DNA of 64,000 bases from Felis catus (lineage: Eukaryota). This document shows, piece by piece, positions 26,143 through 37,815 of the stretch. The DNA is taken from assembly GCF_018350175.1 (NCBI RefSeq), contig NC_058368.1:17362001-17426000 (forward strand), read 5' to 3'. Position 1 is the first letter of the stretch. Every line of letters begins with the position of its first letter. The notes under the pieces were generated by a model that was not told the DNA's origin, made no database searches, and saw only the letters and a program-made list of their open reading frames with translations. The position numbers and the translations under genes are program-made.

Positions 26143-26832
26143 GGTAGTTTTAAACTTCTTGGTCTCAGAACATCCTTAAAAACTATTTAGGATCTCAAAG
26201 ACTTCCTGTTTTTATGAGTTATGTCTGTAAATATGGCCTAGATTTAAAATTAAAATTAAGGAGTTATTTTCATTCAGTGAAAAATAACAAATCCATTACA
26301 TATTAGCATGAAAAACATACTTTTAACAAAAATAACTATAATTGGGGCACTTGCGTGGCTCGGTCGGTTGAGTGTCCGACTTCAGCTCAGGTCATGATCT
26401 CGCGGTGCATGAGTTTGCGCCACGCGTCAGGCTCTGTGCTGACAACTCGGAGCCTGGAGCCCGCTTCAGATCCTGTGTCTCCCTCTCTCTCTGTTCCTCC
26501 CCTACTCGTGCTCTCTCTGTCTCTCTCTCAAAAATAAAGATTAAAAGAAATAAAAACAAAAAAACTATCATTTATAAATCAAAAAATTTATTGGTTTTCT
26601 TATACTTTTAAAATATATTTAATGTCTGGCTTAATGAGAGACAGCTGAATTCTTTTATCTACTTCTGCATTCAATCTGTGGCAATGTGTGATGACCTGTA
26701 CCCTCTGAAGAAGTCCACGGTACACTAGTGAGAGAATAATGGTGGGAAAGTCAAATAATGCCTTAGAATCATTATGAGAATACTTTTAGTATCACAGATC
26801 TCCTGAAAAATTCCAGGGGACATCTGGGACAC
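26143..26832 (-). mobile_element. hAT-Charlie element (Charlie1-derived), interrupted by a SINE
   Basis: tttaatgtctggcttaat...acagctg...cttctgcattcaatctgt and aaacttcttggtctcag match recalled Charlie1 ends. Confidence 0.65.
26344..26558 (+). mobile_element. Can-SINE
   Basis: Full body; degenerate TSD aactat(a/c)att. Confidence 0.92.
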
Positions 26833-26956
26833 CACATTGAGAGTAATCACTGCCATACAGTATTTTATAACACTTGTCTTCTGGAGGATGAAGAAATGAC
26901 AAGTGTTCTAAGCCCTTTGCTGGTGACAATGGCATCATGATTACATTTCCTCGCAG

Positions 26957-27288
26957 GCATGCTCCCTGTGATCTCCACTAAAGAGCTTTCCAACTTCGAG
27001 CTCACCCTCAGTCCTGACGGCTCAAGAGTTGGAAACCACCAGTGCTCCAATCTTCTGGACTATACTGAAGTGAAGACCCACCATGGTTTCTTGACTGATG
27101 CTACAAAAAATCCAGAAATAATTGGAGAGACGCATCCTTACCAGTACAGCTCGTCTATCAGAGGTTCCAGTACCTTACGCTTCTATCGAAACCTGAACCT
27201 GGAGGCCTGCTTATGGGAGTTTGTTAGCTACTATGACATGTCAGAACTTCTGACTGACTGTGGAGGCACCATTGGGACGGATGGACAG
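26957..27288 (+). CDS. FREM2: FREM2 coding exon (~exon 16)
   Basis: tcgcag|GCATG...ACAG|gtatg; 332 nt; [16 protein letters not shown]...[10 protein letters not shown]. Confidence 0.95.
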
Positions 27289-29066
27289 GTATGGATTTTG
27301 AACATCTGAGCTTCGGTCACTGGAAAAGCCAGTTGGTTCTGTCCAAGTGTACAGATTTGGACTAAAGCCCACCTCCAGGCTTCCATCTTGGTGGTAGTTC
27401 ATTAGGCGCAAGAGACACTGGCATGACTGGTGTGAAAATTCATGTCTGCTTCTGGAATCATTATCATTGTCTTTGTATCAAAAGGTCACTGTATAATTAT
27501 TGCCATAAAGTCCAAATCTCTCCTGATATTATAAAATTCCAAGTACTAATTTCTTTTCAAAGCATACATCATCATTTATTGTGTATACATACAGATGTCT
27601 GTAATGTATCATAAATCATCTAAGATGAGGATTTTCAATCCTCTGGTGAGTTCAGTTTTTCTTCTTCCTTATTTTCTTCGTGCACCTTCTATCTTTCTGT
27701 CCTTTATCCCGTCTTCTCCTGCCTAGTTTTCAAATCCCCTTTGCCTCCCAGTCTGCTTCATTTCTCCATCACTAACATAGTCAAAAGCATTTGTACTACA
27801 GTCTTATTGTTATTCCTCCTCTGTGTTTATTGACTCCTCTTCATACTACGCAGACATTTGCACATAAAATACACAACACACACACACACAAAATCCCTAC
27901 CCTCATCATCATGAACAAAGTTGTTGTCAAAATGATGAAGAAGCAAGATCTCCGTTGGCAGTTATGATAGAGAATCTAAAATATGTTGAGTGTAGTTTAG
28001 AAGTGTAATGAGTGTTTGAACTAAAAGCCATGCTCTGCCCTACCTGGAATAAACAAAGAGTTTATATGAGCAGGCTTACACATTAAAGTGTTGAATGGTA
28101 CCCTGTATGTATCATGTCTTTCAAGATGTCGCCAGGGTGAGGCCGGATTTTGACCGATCTATATCCCTGTGGTGTTAAAGTATAAAACATGTAGTAGCAT
28201 TAGAAATGTGAATGACAACAGAGTATCAGTTTAACCTGAAGAGAAGCTGTGAAACCTGACACATTCAGCTAGTGTTGATGTGGAATGGGCAGCCATTGAT
28301 TACATCTGGGGACTACTGGACTCCCAGGTAATGAGACGTTATCTCCATCTCCTCTGAAAGCAGCAAAATATTCAGAAACTTGCAAGGATTAGTAAAAATT
28401 CACGAAACACCAACAGGAAGACAGTACGGAATGCTGGAAAGAGCATGGCTATTAGAAACTAGCACATGTAGACCTAAATTTGGCTCTGAGGTTTTCTAGC
28501 TTTGTGTCCCTGGGTGAGTTACTTAAGCCCTCGGAAGTGTTACCTCTTCAGGTCCCTCTTCCCCAGTGTATCTTTGCCACCAGAAAGAAACACGAAAGAA
28601 AAAAGTCTTCCCCCAGAATAAAAATCAAGGCTCATATTAACAAATCTACGTCAGCCTTTTCCTTTATAGGTCAAATATCCCTGGTTCCTTCAGCTGGGAC
28701 TCACAGAACTTGTTTCCAATCCGTTATTCAATCATTCCCGTTTTCTTTCTCGTTGCTCTTCTCTCAGGATCTTGCATAAGTCACAGGATCTATCAGCATA
28801 GACAAAATTAGATATAGGATTACATTTTAGTTCCAGTTCTTTGTTATCATTCACTCAGTACCATGGAGCTTTTCTCTGGGTCTCACCTAGGCTATAGTTT
28901 ATTTTCACCCTCAAGAATGTTTTCCATCTTTTCTGCAAAGTGGCAGCATTTTTTGATCCTTTATATCTGCAACCCAGACAGCCTTCTCTAGTGAAAACCT
29001 TGCACTTGCCCGCTGAAGTCCTATCCTATTACATCTGCCCACTTCTTCAGTGTCTCAAGGGCATTA

Positions 29067-29226
29067 TTTTTTTTTAATATTTATTTATTTTAGAGAGAGA
29101 GCACAAGTAGGGGAGGGGCAGAGAGAGGGAGACACAGAATCCAAAGTAGGCTCCAGACTCTGGCTGTCAGCACAAAACCCAACGCAGAACTGTGAGATCA
29201 TGACCTGAAGTCATACGCTTCGCCCC
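29067..29226 (-). mobile_element. Can-SINE with internal deletions
   Basis: Shortened head; TSD caagg(g/c)catt. Confidence 0.85.
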
Positions 29227-30489
29227 AAGGCCATTTTGAATGCAAATTCTGTCCCTCTAATGTGTTCATGTCTCTAGCCAAATCTTACCATAAAATGCTC
29301 AGCTAAATTGACTATACTTTGCTGTGTGTATGTGTGTGTGTGTGTGTGTGTGTGTTTAAATCACAGTTCCTCTATTTAATTTTTTAACTTCAGTGCTTTT
29401 TTCTTCCTATCACCACCGCCAGGCAGAAAAGTCACTGCCCTGCTTCTGTAGTTCAGCTGTCAGCGGTTCTGCTCCGTTAGGTGAAAGCTAGCAACCGGAG
29501 GCTGAGGTTAAGATTTACCTGCCTGCAAGGCTTCTGGTACCTAACACTAAGAATATAAGATTATCTCATCCAATTCTTAACTGGTTTGCATTACCTTCCT
29601 AAGATGCCCAGATGCGTATAGGAGTTTCTTCTTAGAAGCTTTGTTTTTGTTTTTGTTTTTTTGCTTTAGAATTGTTGAAAATAAATCTAAAAGTATCACC
29701 ATCACAATCAACATAAATAGAAATGACCAGATTCGGTATAAATCACTGAAATTTCAGGATCTTGTTATAAAATTTTAAAAGCCTCAGTATAAACTAAACA
29801 TTAATACAATCTAATAAGACATGTTGATCACTCTCTTAGAGTGGAGCTCAGAGATGTTCATCTCCATTTCCCCTACTTTCTTCCTTAAGCTTAAACTTTT
29901 ACTTCTCCCCACCTCCCCCTAACACACACATTACTTAAATATAGGTGAGGAAGAGGAAAATATAAAGTAGAAGAAATATAGTAGCTCTTTGAGATATTTC
30001 CCTAATTTTCCCCATTACTTTTGAGTTCTGGAGAAAAAGAGAAAATACCTAATGATTGTACTAACGATAACAATAATGAAAATAATAGCAATAGCTAACA
30101 ATTATTTAATGTCTACTCTGTGCCCGCCATTCTTCTAAATACATATTTCCACAAATTCTGTCCTCACATTATGAAACAAATATGAATTTTTCCCCCTTAT
30201 TAGAGATAAGAAGGCTGAAGCAAAGAGAATTCAAATAATGGCCCAAATTCAATTCACTTGTAAACCTGTGCTGTTAACCACATCATGATTCTTATCTGGA
30301 CCATTTAATTGAGTGAATTTTTGATTGGGTGAATGACAGGAATGGATATGGTCCCAGATATAATTGCAAGAAAGGCAAATGTACTTCTCTGTGCTTGGGA
30401 CCAAAATGCTGCCCAACTGTGGTCATGAGAATGCATGCCAGTTATGTCTATGCCCCCTGCTGATAAAGTTATACAAATCCAAAACTTAG

Positions 30490-30565
30490 CTCACAACTGT
30501 GAGATCATGACCTGAGCCAAAATCAAGAGTTGGATGCTTAACTGCCTAAGCCACCTAGGCACCCC
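30490..30565 (-). mobile_element. Can-SINE head only (no body or tail)
   Basis: ctcacaactgtgagatcatgacctgagcc...ggcacccc; non-SINE sequence to the left. Confidence 0.88.
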
Positions 30566-30725
30566 TCTAAAATTATATTTAATGAGATATTTTACTTTTT
30601 TTTTGCTACTGTCTTTGAAGTCTGGTGTGTATTTTGCATGCACAACACATCTCAATTCTGACTAGACTCATTTTGAATGGTCAGTAGCCACACATGGCTA
30701 GTGGTTACCATATTGGGAAGCACTG
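30566..30725 (+). mobile_element. MER33-like hAT-Charlie element, 3' half
   Basis: taatgagatattttac...tctggtgtgtatttt...cacatctcaattctgactag...gccacacatggctagtggttaccatattgg. Confidence 0.8.
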
Positions 30726-30751
30726 ATTAGACTGTTTACCCAAGGTCTTTT

Positions 30752-30815
30752 TTTTCATTTTTAAAGTTTATTCATTTATTTTTGAGAGAGATAGAGACAG
30801 TATGAGTGGAGGAGG

Positions 30816-30853
<38 letters not shown>

Positions 30854-30980
30854 CCCAAGCAGGCTCCACACCATCAGCACAGAGCCCAATGCGGGGCTCA
30901 AACTCACAAAACCATGAGATCATGACCTGAGCCAAAACCAAGAGTCTGACACTTGACTGACTGAGCCACCCGGGCTCCCC
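30752..30980 (-). mobile_element. Can-SINE
   Basis: Perfect TSD tacccaaggtctttt. Confidence 0.94.
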
Positions 30981-31885
30981 TACCCAAGGTCTTTTAATTA
31001 AACCACACAGGTTGAAAACAATGATCATTTAAAAATATTTTACAATCTTGTATCTACCCACCTTTATGTGGGATATGTGGTTTGTGCTTATTTCAAAGAT
31101 TAAAAATTGAAGTAGAATTGTTAGAATGTTATCTGACTACCACTAGTATGGATTTCCCACGGATTGAAATTTCTTTCTATTGCTCCTTTTGTTACCAGAA
31201 ATATGTCTACATCATCAAGATGGTGGTGTTTGTGAATGTGTAAAGAAGGCTCATCGATCTCAATAGCTTAAAGTCTCAATAAAGCATGTACTTAGCTACC
31301 CAGGGGAGATCATTGTTTTAACAAGTTAGAATCTTTAGCCAAGGGATTAGTAGTATTAGCAGTCTACACATCCAGGAACACTTGGAAGAAAGAGGCCTAG
31401 GCTTGTGTCCACATACAAGACTTTCTGAAGTCTTATGAGATCAGAGATGCATAAGGGAGACCCTGGAATGAGGTAGGGTCAATACTGGTCCACAGATTCC
31501 TTAGTATTTAGGATAACTTTATGGGATATTTACAATGATAGAATTAGAAATTAACTGAATGACCCATAATAGAATAGTTATGATTACCCACAAGGTAAAA
31601 ATATTATATAGCCATCAAAAGTCATGTATCTGAAGAATTTTCCTTATCATGAGAAAATGCTAACAACATTAAGTTAAAAAGCAATATACAAGGTAGTCTA
31701 AATGATATTACATTGCTACTATTAAAAATGTGTGTGTATATTGGAGAGAACTAGAAAATTTGGCTGTGCACAATGATAACAGACTAATGAACAAGATTTT
31801 TCTTTTTAGATGCTTTTAGTTTCCCAGCTTTCCACAGAACTAACATTACTCTCACTTAAAAAAAAACATTACTCAAAGAAACCAT

Positions 31886-32106
31886 GAGGTGCCTGGGTGG
31901 CTCACATGGTTAAGCATCCGACTCTTGGTTTTGATTCAGGTCATGATCTCATGGTCATTGAGATCGAGCCCCGTGCTGGGCTCTGTACTGACAGCGTGAG
32001 CCTGCTTGGAATTCTCTCTCCCTCTGCCTCTCCCCACTGCCCCCCTGCCATGTACACACACATACTCTCTATCTTAAATAAATAAGTAAATAAATAAATA
32101 AATAAA
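31886..32106 (+). mobile_element. Can-SINE lacking a matching TSD (possible recombinant)
   Basis: Complete SINE whose left flank (aaagaaaccat) is not repeated after the (TAAA)n tail. Confidence 0.9.
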
Positions 32107-32207
32107 TTTTTATTGACTACATATTAAAATGTAATATATTTGATATACTGGACTAAGTAAACTATTCTTAAAGTTAGTTTAGCATGTTTCTCTTTACTTT
32201 TTTTCTT

Positions 32208-32438
32208 TTTTTTTTTTTTTTAATTTTTTTTTCAATGTTTATTTATTTTTTGGGACAGAGAGAGAGACAGAGCATGAACAGGCAAGGGGCAGAGAGAGAG
32301 GGAGACACAGAATCGGAAACAGGCTCCAGGCTCTGAGCCAGCAGCCCAGAGCCCGACGCGGAGCTCGAACTCACAGACGGCGAGATCGTGACCTGGCTGA
32401 AGTCGGACGCTTAACCGACTGCGCCACCCAGGCGCCCC
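32208..32438 (-). mobile_element. Can-SINE, young felid subfamily
   Basis: Perfect 18-bp TSD ctctttactttttttctt (32190-32207/32439-32456). Confidence 0.95.
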
Positions 32439-32456
32439 CTCTTTACTTTTTTTCTT

Positions 32457-32655
32457 AATGTTTATTTTTGAGAGGGAGAGAGACAGAGTGTGAGCAGGGG
32501 AGGGGCAGAGAGAGCGGGAGACACGGAATCCGAAGCAGGCTCCAGGCTCTGAGCTGTCAGTTCAGAGCCCTATGTGGGGCTTGAATTCACAAACCGCAAG
32601 ATCATGACCTGGGCCAAAGTCGGATGCTTAACCCACTGGGCCACCCAGGTGCCCC
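32457..32655 (-). mobile_element. Can-SINE
   Basis: TSD tc(t/c)ctttacttttt. Confidence 0.93.
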
Positions 32656-32906
32656 TCCCTTTACTTTTTGAAGTATGGCTACTAGAAAATTTTAAATTAC
32701 ATGTGTGGCTCACATATTTTTATTGAATAGTGCTGGTCTGGATACTTGAATGTTCGTGCTGATTGTGAATAATCTTGGGCAAGTCAATTGACTTCTTCAT
32801 GGCCTAATTTCAACACGTGTAGAATATAGTCTTGCTTGAGTAAAAGGTGCAAAAGAACAAAGTAAATCTAGATAGGTTTTATTAACACAATATATACTGC
32901 CAACTT

Positions 32907-33117
32907 TTTTTTTTTACATTTATTTATTTTTGAGACAGAGAGAGGCAGAGCATGAAGGGGGGAGGAGCAGAGAGAGAGGGAGACACAGAATCGGAAGCAG
33001 GCTCCAGGCTCTGAGCTGTCAGCACAGAGCCCGACACGGGGCTCGAACTCACGGACCGCGAGATCATGACCTGAGCCAAAGTCGGTCGCCCAACCGACTG
33101 AGCCACCCAGGCGCCCC
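32907..33117 (-). mobile_element. Can-SINE
   Basis: Perfect TSD tatactgccaactt. Confidence 0.95.
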
Positions 33118-33222
33118 TATACTGCCAACTTCTATAAGAAACAGTGTGTATATATACTGCCTACTTCAATAAGGCAATATGTAAGTTGGATGGCTTAAGC
33201 TGTATGCCCCAATAAGTGAAGA

Positions 33223-33445
33223 TTTTTTTTTTATTTAAGTTTATTTAATTTTTTGTTTGAGAGAGAAAGTGTGTGCGCTCAGAGGAGAGGCAGAGAGAAA
33301 AAAAGAGAGAGAATCCCAAGCATGCTCTGTGCCATCAGTGCAGAGCCCAATATGGGTCTCGAACCCACCACAAACCATGAGATCATGACTTGAGCTGAAA
33401 TCAAGAGTCAGGTGTTTAACCGACTGAGTCACCCAGGCACCCCCC
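33223..33445 (-). mobile_element. Can-SINE (older type)
   Basis: Reverse-complement SINE; flanks share ataagtgaa. Confidence 0.9.
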
Positions 33446-35044
33446 AGATAAGTGAACAATTAAATCCACTGTGATTTACCTCAACTCTAGTTCCCACCTT
33501 AAACAACATTCGGAGTATAATTTTTCTTTTAGAGTATTTATCTTCTTTCCTGTTATTTCCCTCTCCTACCCATCTGACACGGCCCAGCAGAAATTCCTTT
33601 GTCCCTTCACCTGACAATACCTCCCCAAATATATACTTGCTGCCCATTATTAGCCACTTAGTAGTGGTAGTGGAAATTTATATCAGTGTTACCTTTTCCA
33701 GAGAATTTGCATTTTATATTTTCCCTTCAAATATGGAAGTTAAAGTATCATTTCATTTTGTTGAAAAAACTCAAAACATCCAGAAGGACCCATAAACTCC
33801 TATGTCATGTCACAGTTGCTTGAAGAGCATGTACCACATGTATTTCTTCTAATATAAATAAACACCTTAAAAAGCCCTGTCATACAGGCAGAAAGAAAAT
33901 TAAGTACTCATTAAGATGACGTCCAGAAGTTAAATTGACCCCATTGCATTCCTCAGTTTTCCTGGAATGAACAGGAGGTGACGTGGGTGACTGACATTAT
34001 TCCATTGGCTCCACTTACTCCAGACAGCGGTTCTAAGCAGACACAGAAGACCTGGCCGTGATGAGCAAGAAAAGGCAGTCAGATGCTGATTCCATGTCCA
34101 GAAATGGCCAAACTCTTAAGTTACCACAAGAACCAATGAAAGAAAATAAAATTAGAGAGCTTTGTGCCAAGTAACTTATTCGTAGGAAGTGAATGCTAGT
34201 CGTTCTCTCCAAGATAGTAACATTTGATACATAACATTGGCAAAAATGACTAGCACCTAGAAAGTTTAACTGGAAACTCATGCCTAAAGCCTAATTTTTA
34301 AAAGTTTATTAAAATCACAGGATGAAATATTAATCTTAATTTCCAGGGGAATATACATTGACTTAATCACTCTCCTTTACACTGAGTATTAAAATTGCAC
34401 TACAAGATCCAGTTCTCATTAACTGCAATGGTACCCACACTTCACAAAAATAATCTCAAAGGACTTTGGTTGCAAGGCCCCCCTTCTGCAGGCCGGGCTA
34501 GCAGATGATGGGGAATGCTAGCCACTACACAGCTAGGAATCAAATCATTTGCTTGGATGATGGTTTCCTTTTTACATATTTTTGCTGGCAATTCACATCA
34601 TCATTTTTGTGATTAAGGAGTTTATTTTTTAGTCTATGATAAAGTGATAAATTACTGCTCTCATGATTCATATTATTCACCAACACATGTCTATGATCCC
34701 TGTTGCCATTCATTGTGGAAGGAGAATTAGAGTGGTATCAGAAAGCCCAGCTGGAACTTCTCAAGAGTATGATCTGACTTAAGTCTGTTTCCTCTTGTGT
34801 AGAAGAGGATATTTGCCCAGCTATTCTGCAAAGCTGTTTTGAGACTGAAGTATGATAACGTTGGTTAGGTGATCTTAGGACCGCCCTCAGCTTTGTTTGG
34901 AATGTGATGAGGTGTGATAGAGTAGAAAAGCACAGGTCAAAGGCTGGGCTCCAGTAATGGCAGGGGCCACTGAGGAGGCTTAAAGAATTCTGTGAGAAAT
35001 GTATTTCTTTGAGTCTTAACTTTCCTCTCTCTCTTTTTCTATGC

Positions 35045-35125
35045 ATCATCTATCGATCCATCCATCCAATGACTCATCCATCCATCCATCCATCCATCCA
35101 AGCATCTATCCATCCAACCATCCAC
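35045..35125. repeat. Imperfect (ATCC)n microsatellite
   Basis: Direct reading. Confidence 0.85.
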
Positions 35126-35407
35126 TCATACATATAAATATAATTATGAGGGAGATTAAAAGTATTAAATGGCTTTTATTGTGAACCTAGGGGCTCAGTA
35201 AATAAATATTAGTTTATCCTATATTAGTCCTAGCCCACCTGCAAAATACCTGAAGAAGGAAAGTATAAAATTCCAAGCAGTTCACTTCATTTCAACCAAT
35301 TATTTTTGAGACATATTAAGTGTTACATGTCATTACTAAACATATTTGCTTCTAGGTCTTTCCTGCTTTATTTTATCTTCCTTTATGTAGTAATTTAATA
35401 GTATCTT

Positions 35408-35872
35408 ACAGCAGTATTATCCGTAATAACTCAAAACAGGAAGTAACCTAGATGGCCGTCACCTGATGAACAGCTAAATACGTGTGGCTTATGCGTAAAA
35501 TGGTAGGCTATTCAGAAATAAAAGTATTGACATGTGCAGCAACATGGATGCACCTTGGAAACATAAGTGAAAGAAACCTGTCACAAAAGACCGCATGTTG
35601 TTATGATTCCATTTATATGAAAAGTCCAGGATTGACAAATACATAGAGACAGAAAATAGGGCTAGTGGCTGCCAGAGATTTGGAGCAGGAGGGAATAAAA
35701 GAATGACTTCTAATGGGTTTGGGATTCCCTTTGGAGGTGATGAAAATGTCCTAAAATTGACTGTGTTGAAAATTCCACCTCTCCCTGAATATATTAAATA
35801 CTGTGGGTTTGTCCACTTTAATAGGTGAATTACATGGTGTGTGTACTGTATCTTAATAAAGCTGTTACAAAA
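35408..35872 (+). mobile_element. L1MB-like LINE 3' end
   Basis: caacatggatgcaccttggaaacat...atgattccatttatatgaaaagtccag...ggtgatgaaaatgtcctaaaattga...tatcttaataaagctgtt. Confidence 0.85.
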
Positions 35873-36145
35873 CAGAAAAGACTGTGTAGGCATAATATGC
35901 TCAAAACAATGGAATTCACCTTCAAGATTTCTGCCGCATATCCTTTGTTGCAAAGGAAGGTACTGTCGTAACAACTATTTAATTGCTCCATAATTAAGTG
36001 AGGGGACAGTAGTGTAAATGTTGTCACTTCCTTTCCTCAGTGGCTACTAAAAATCTTTAGCTGAGTGGAGACAACAGCTTGTACAGAATTAGACTCCTCT
36101 AATTAACCCTGAACCATGTTGATAGGTACAATTTTATTGTTTCAG

Positions 36146-36338
36146 GTCCTAAATCTAGTACAGTCCTATGTGACCCTTCGAGTGCCTCTGTATGTTTCGT
36201 ACGTGTTCCATTCTCCTGTTGGGGTAGGAGGCTGGCAACATTTTGACTTGAAGTCAGAGCTCCGACTGACTTTTGTGTATGACACTGCCATCTTGTGGAA
36301 TGATGGAATCGGCAGCCCACCAGAAGCGGAACTCCAAG
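36146..36338 (+). CDS. FREM2: FREM2 coding exon (~exon 17)
   Basis: tttcag|GTCCT...CAAG|gtggg; 193 nt; [19 protein letters not shown]...PPEAELQ. Confidence 0.95.
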
Positions 36339-36653
36339 GTGGGTTAATAATTTGGAAAACTTGTTTTCTTACCCATTTGAATTACTTAAGAGGAATTTTT
36401 ACTATAGTTTAAACTAATGGAAGTGACCTTCAATATACTTTATATTAAATATTTTAAGATTATTTCGTCGTGGAAAAACTAAATCATATCAATTCTCCAA
36501 ATTTTGCATAATATGTGCCTGTTAAATATAACATATATATTTCATGGATATTTAATCCTTACAGTTCATTTTACAGTCAACATGTTTCCTAGATTCTAGA
36601 AAATGCATAGAGGAAGTTGCAGTTGAACATAAGAAATGGCACCTCTTGGCTCA

Positions 36654-36765
36654 GGGAGTGCCTGGGTGGCTCAGTTGTTTACGTGTCTGACTCTTGATCT
36701 CAACTCAGGTCTTGATCTCAGGGTTGTAAGTTCAAGCCCTTGTTGGGCTCCATGTGGGGCGTGGA
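36654..36765 (+). mobile_element. Short-type carnivore SINE head
   Basis: gggagtgcctgggtggctcag...gggctccatgtggggcgtggag. Confidence 0.8.
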
Positions 36766-36773
36766 GAAGAAAG

Positions 36774-36820
<47 letters not shown>

Positions 36821-36828
36821 AAAGAAAG

Positions 36829-36875
<47 letters not shown>

Positions 36876-36972
36876 GAAAGAAAGAAAGATGGAGGGAGGG
36901 AAGAAGAGAGGGGAAGGAAGGAAGGAAGAAAGGAAGGAAGGAAGGGAGGAAGGGAGGAAGGGAGGAAGGAGA
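36766..36972. repeat. Compound (GAAA)n/(GGAA)n purine microsatellite
   Basis: Direct reading. Confidence 0.95.
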
Positions 36973-37584
36973 GATATCTTGGATCCTCGTTCTGGCTCCA
37001 CAACTAACTAGCTGTGTGATCTTGAACATACTCCTTAACCTTTGTGGCACTCAGTTTCTTCTGAAAGATAAGCTAGACCTCCAGTATTCTTTTTATTTTA
37101 AAATTCTATTATTCTACGATATTTTAGCTGAATGTTTTGGAACAGTGTAGTAAGTACAACTACCTCCTGAGCCCATAAGCATCTGCAAATCTTTGTTTCA
37201 GTCTCCACGTCAGAAGTATAATTCAAAGTCCACAAGCATAAAGCTAATTATCTATTAGTAGGATGAGTACTGTTTCTTTTCAGGCCCATGCTGCTATTCT
37301 GGTTCCATGCCTATCTGAGCATCATGCCTGCATTACTTACTATGAGCCAGGAGGAAAATACTATTGACAGTGCATCAAAATTTGCTACCTTAAGCACAGT
37401 AAAATCGCCTTAAAGCTATGTGATAGGTAATATGTGCACCCTGAGTGGTCATTCCAGATTATTTTACATTTTCATGTTTTAATTCTGTATTTTGCCTTAG
37501 AAAATGTATATTTTAAGTACATTTTAATGTGGATCCACGCAAGGGTTCTCAAGTATTACATGAGGATCTCATGTTTCCTTCTTT

Positions 37585-37815
37585 CCTTTTAGAAAAAAAT
37601 TTTTTAATGTTTTTATTTTATCTTGAGAGAGAGAGAGAGAGTGAGCCAGGGAGGGGCAGAGAGTGGAGACACAGAATCTGAAGTAGGCTGCAGGTTTCTG
37701 AGCTGTTGGCACAGAGCCTGATGCGGGCCTCGAACTCAAGGACCATGAGATCATGACCTAAGCCGAAGTCTCAGTATCTGGAACAAACGACCTCAACCGA
37801 CTGAGCCACCCAAGA
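37585..37815 (-). mobile_element. Can-SINE with internal non-SINE insert
   Basis: TSD gtttccttctt (37573-37583/37816-37826). Confidence 0.9.

Larger units (their letters stand above)
32104..32735 (-). mobile_element. MER33-like element, 5' half, interrupted by two SINEs
   Basis: aatttttattgactacat...[2 SINEs]...tggctactagaaaattttaaattacatgtgtggctcaca...tattgaatagtgctg. Confidence 0.8.

Noticed and set aside
35489..35974. 161-aa minus-strand ORF
   Set aside because: Antisense reading of an L1 3' end relic
36636..37150. Several K/E/R-rich and F/L/S-rich ORFs
   Set aside because: Translations of the (GAAA)n/(GGAA)n microsatellite
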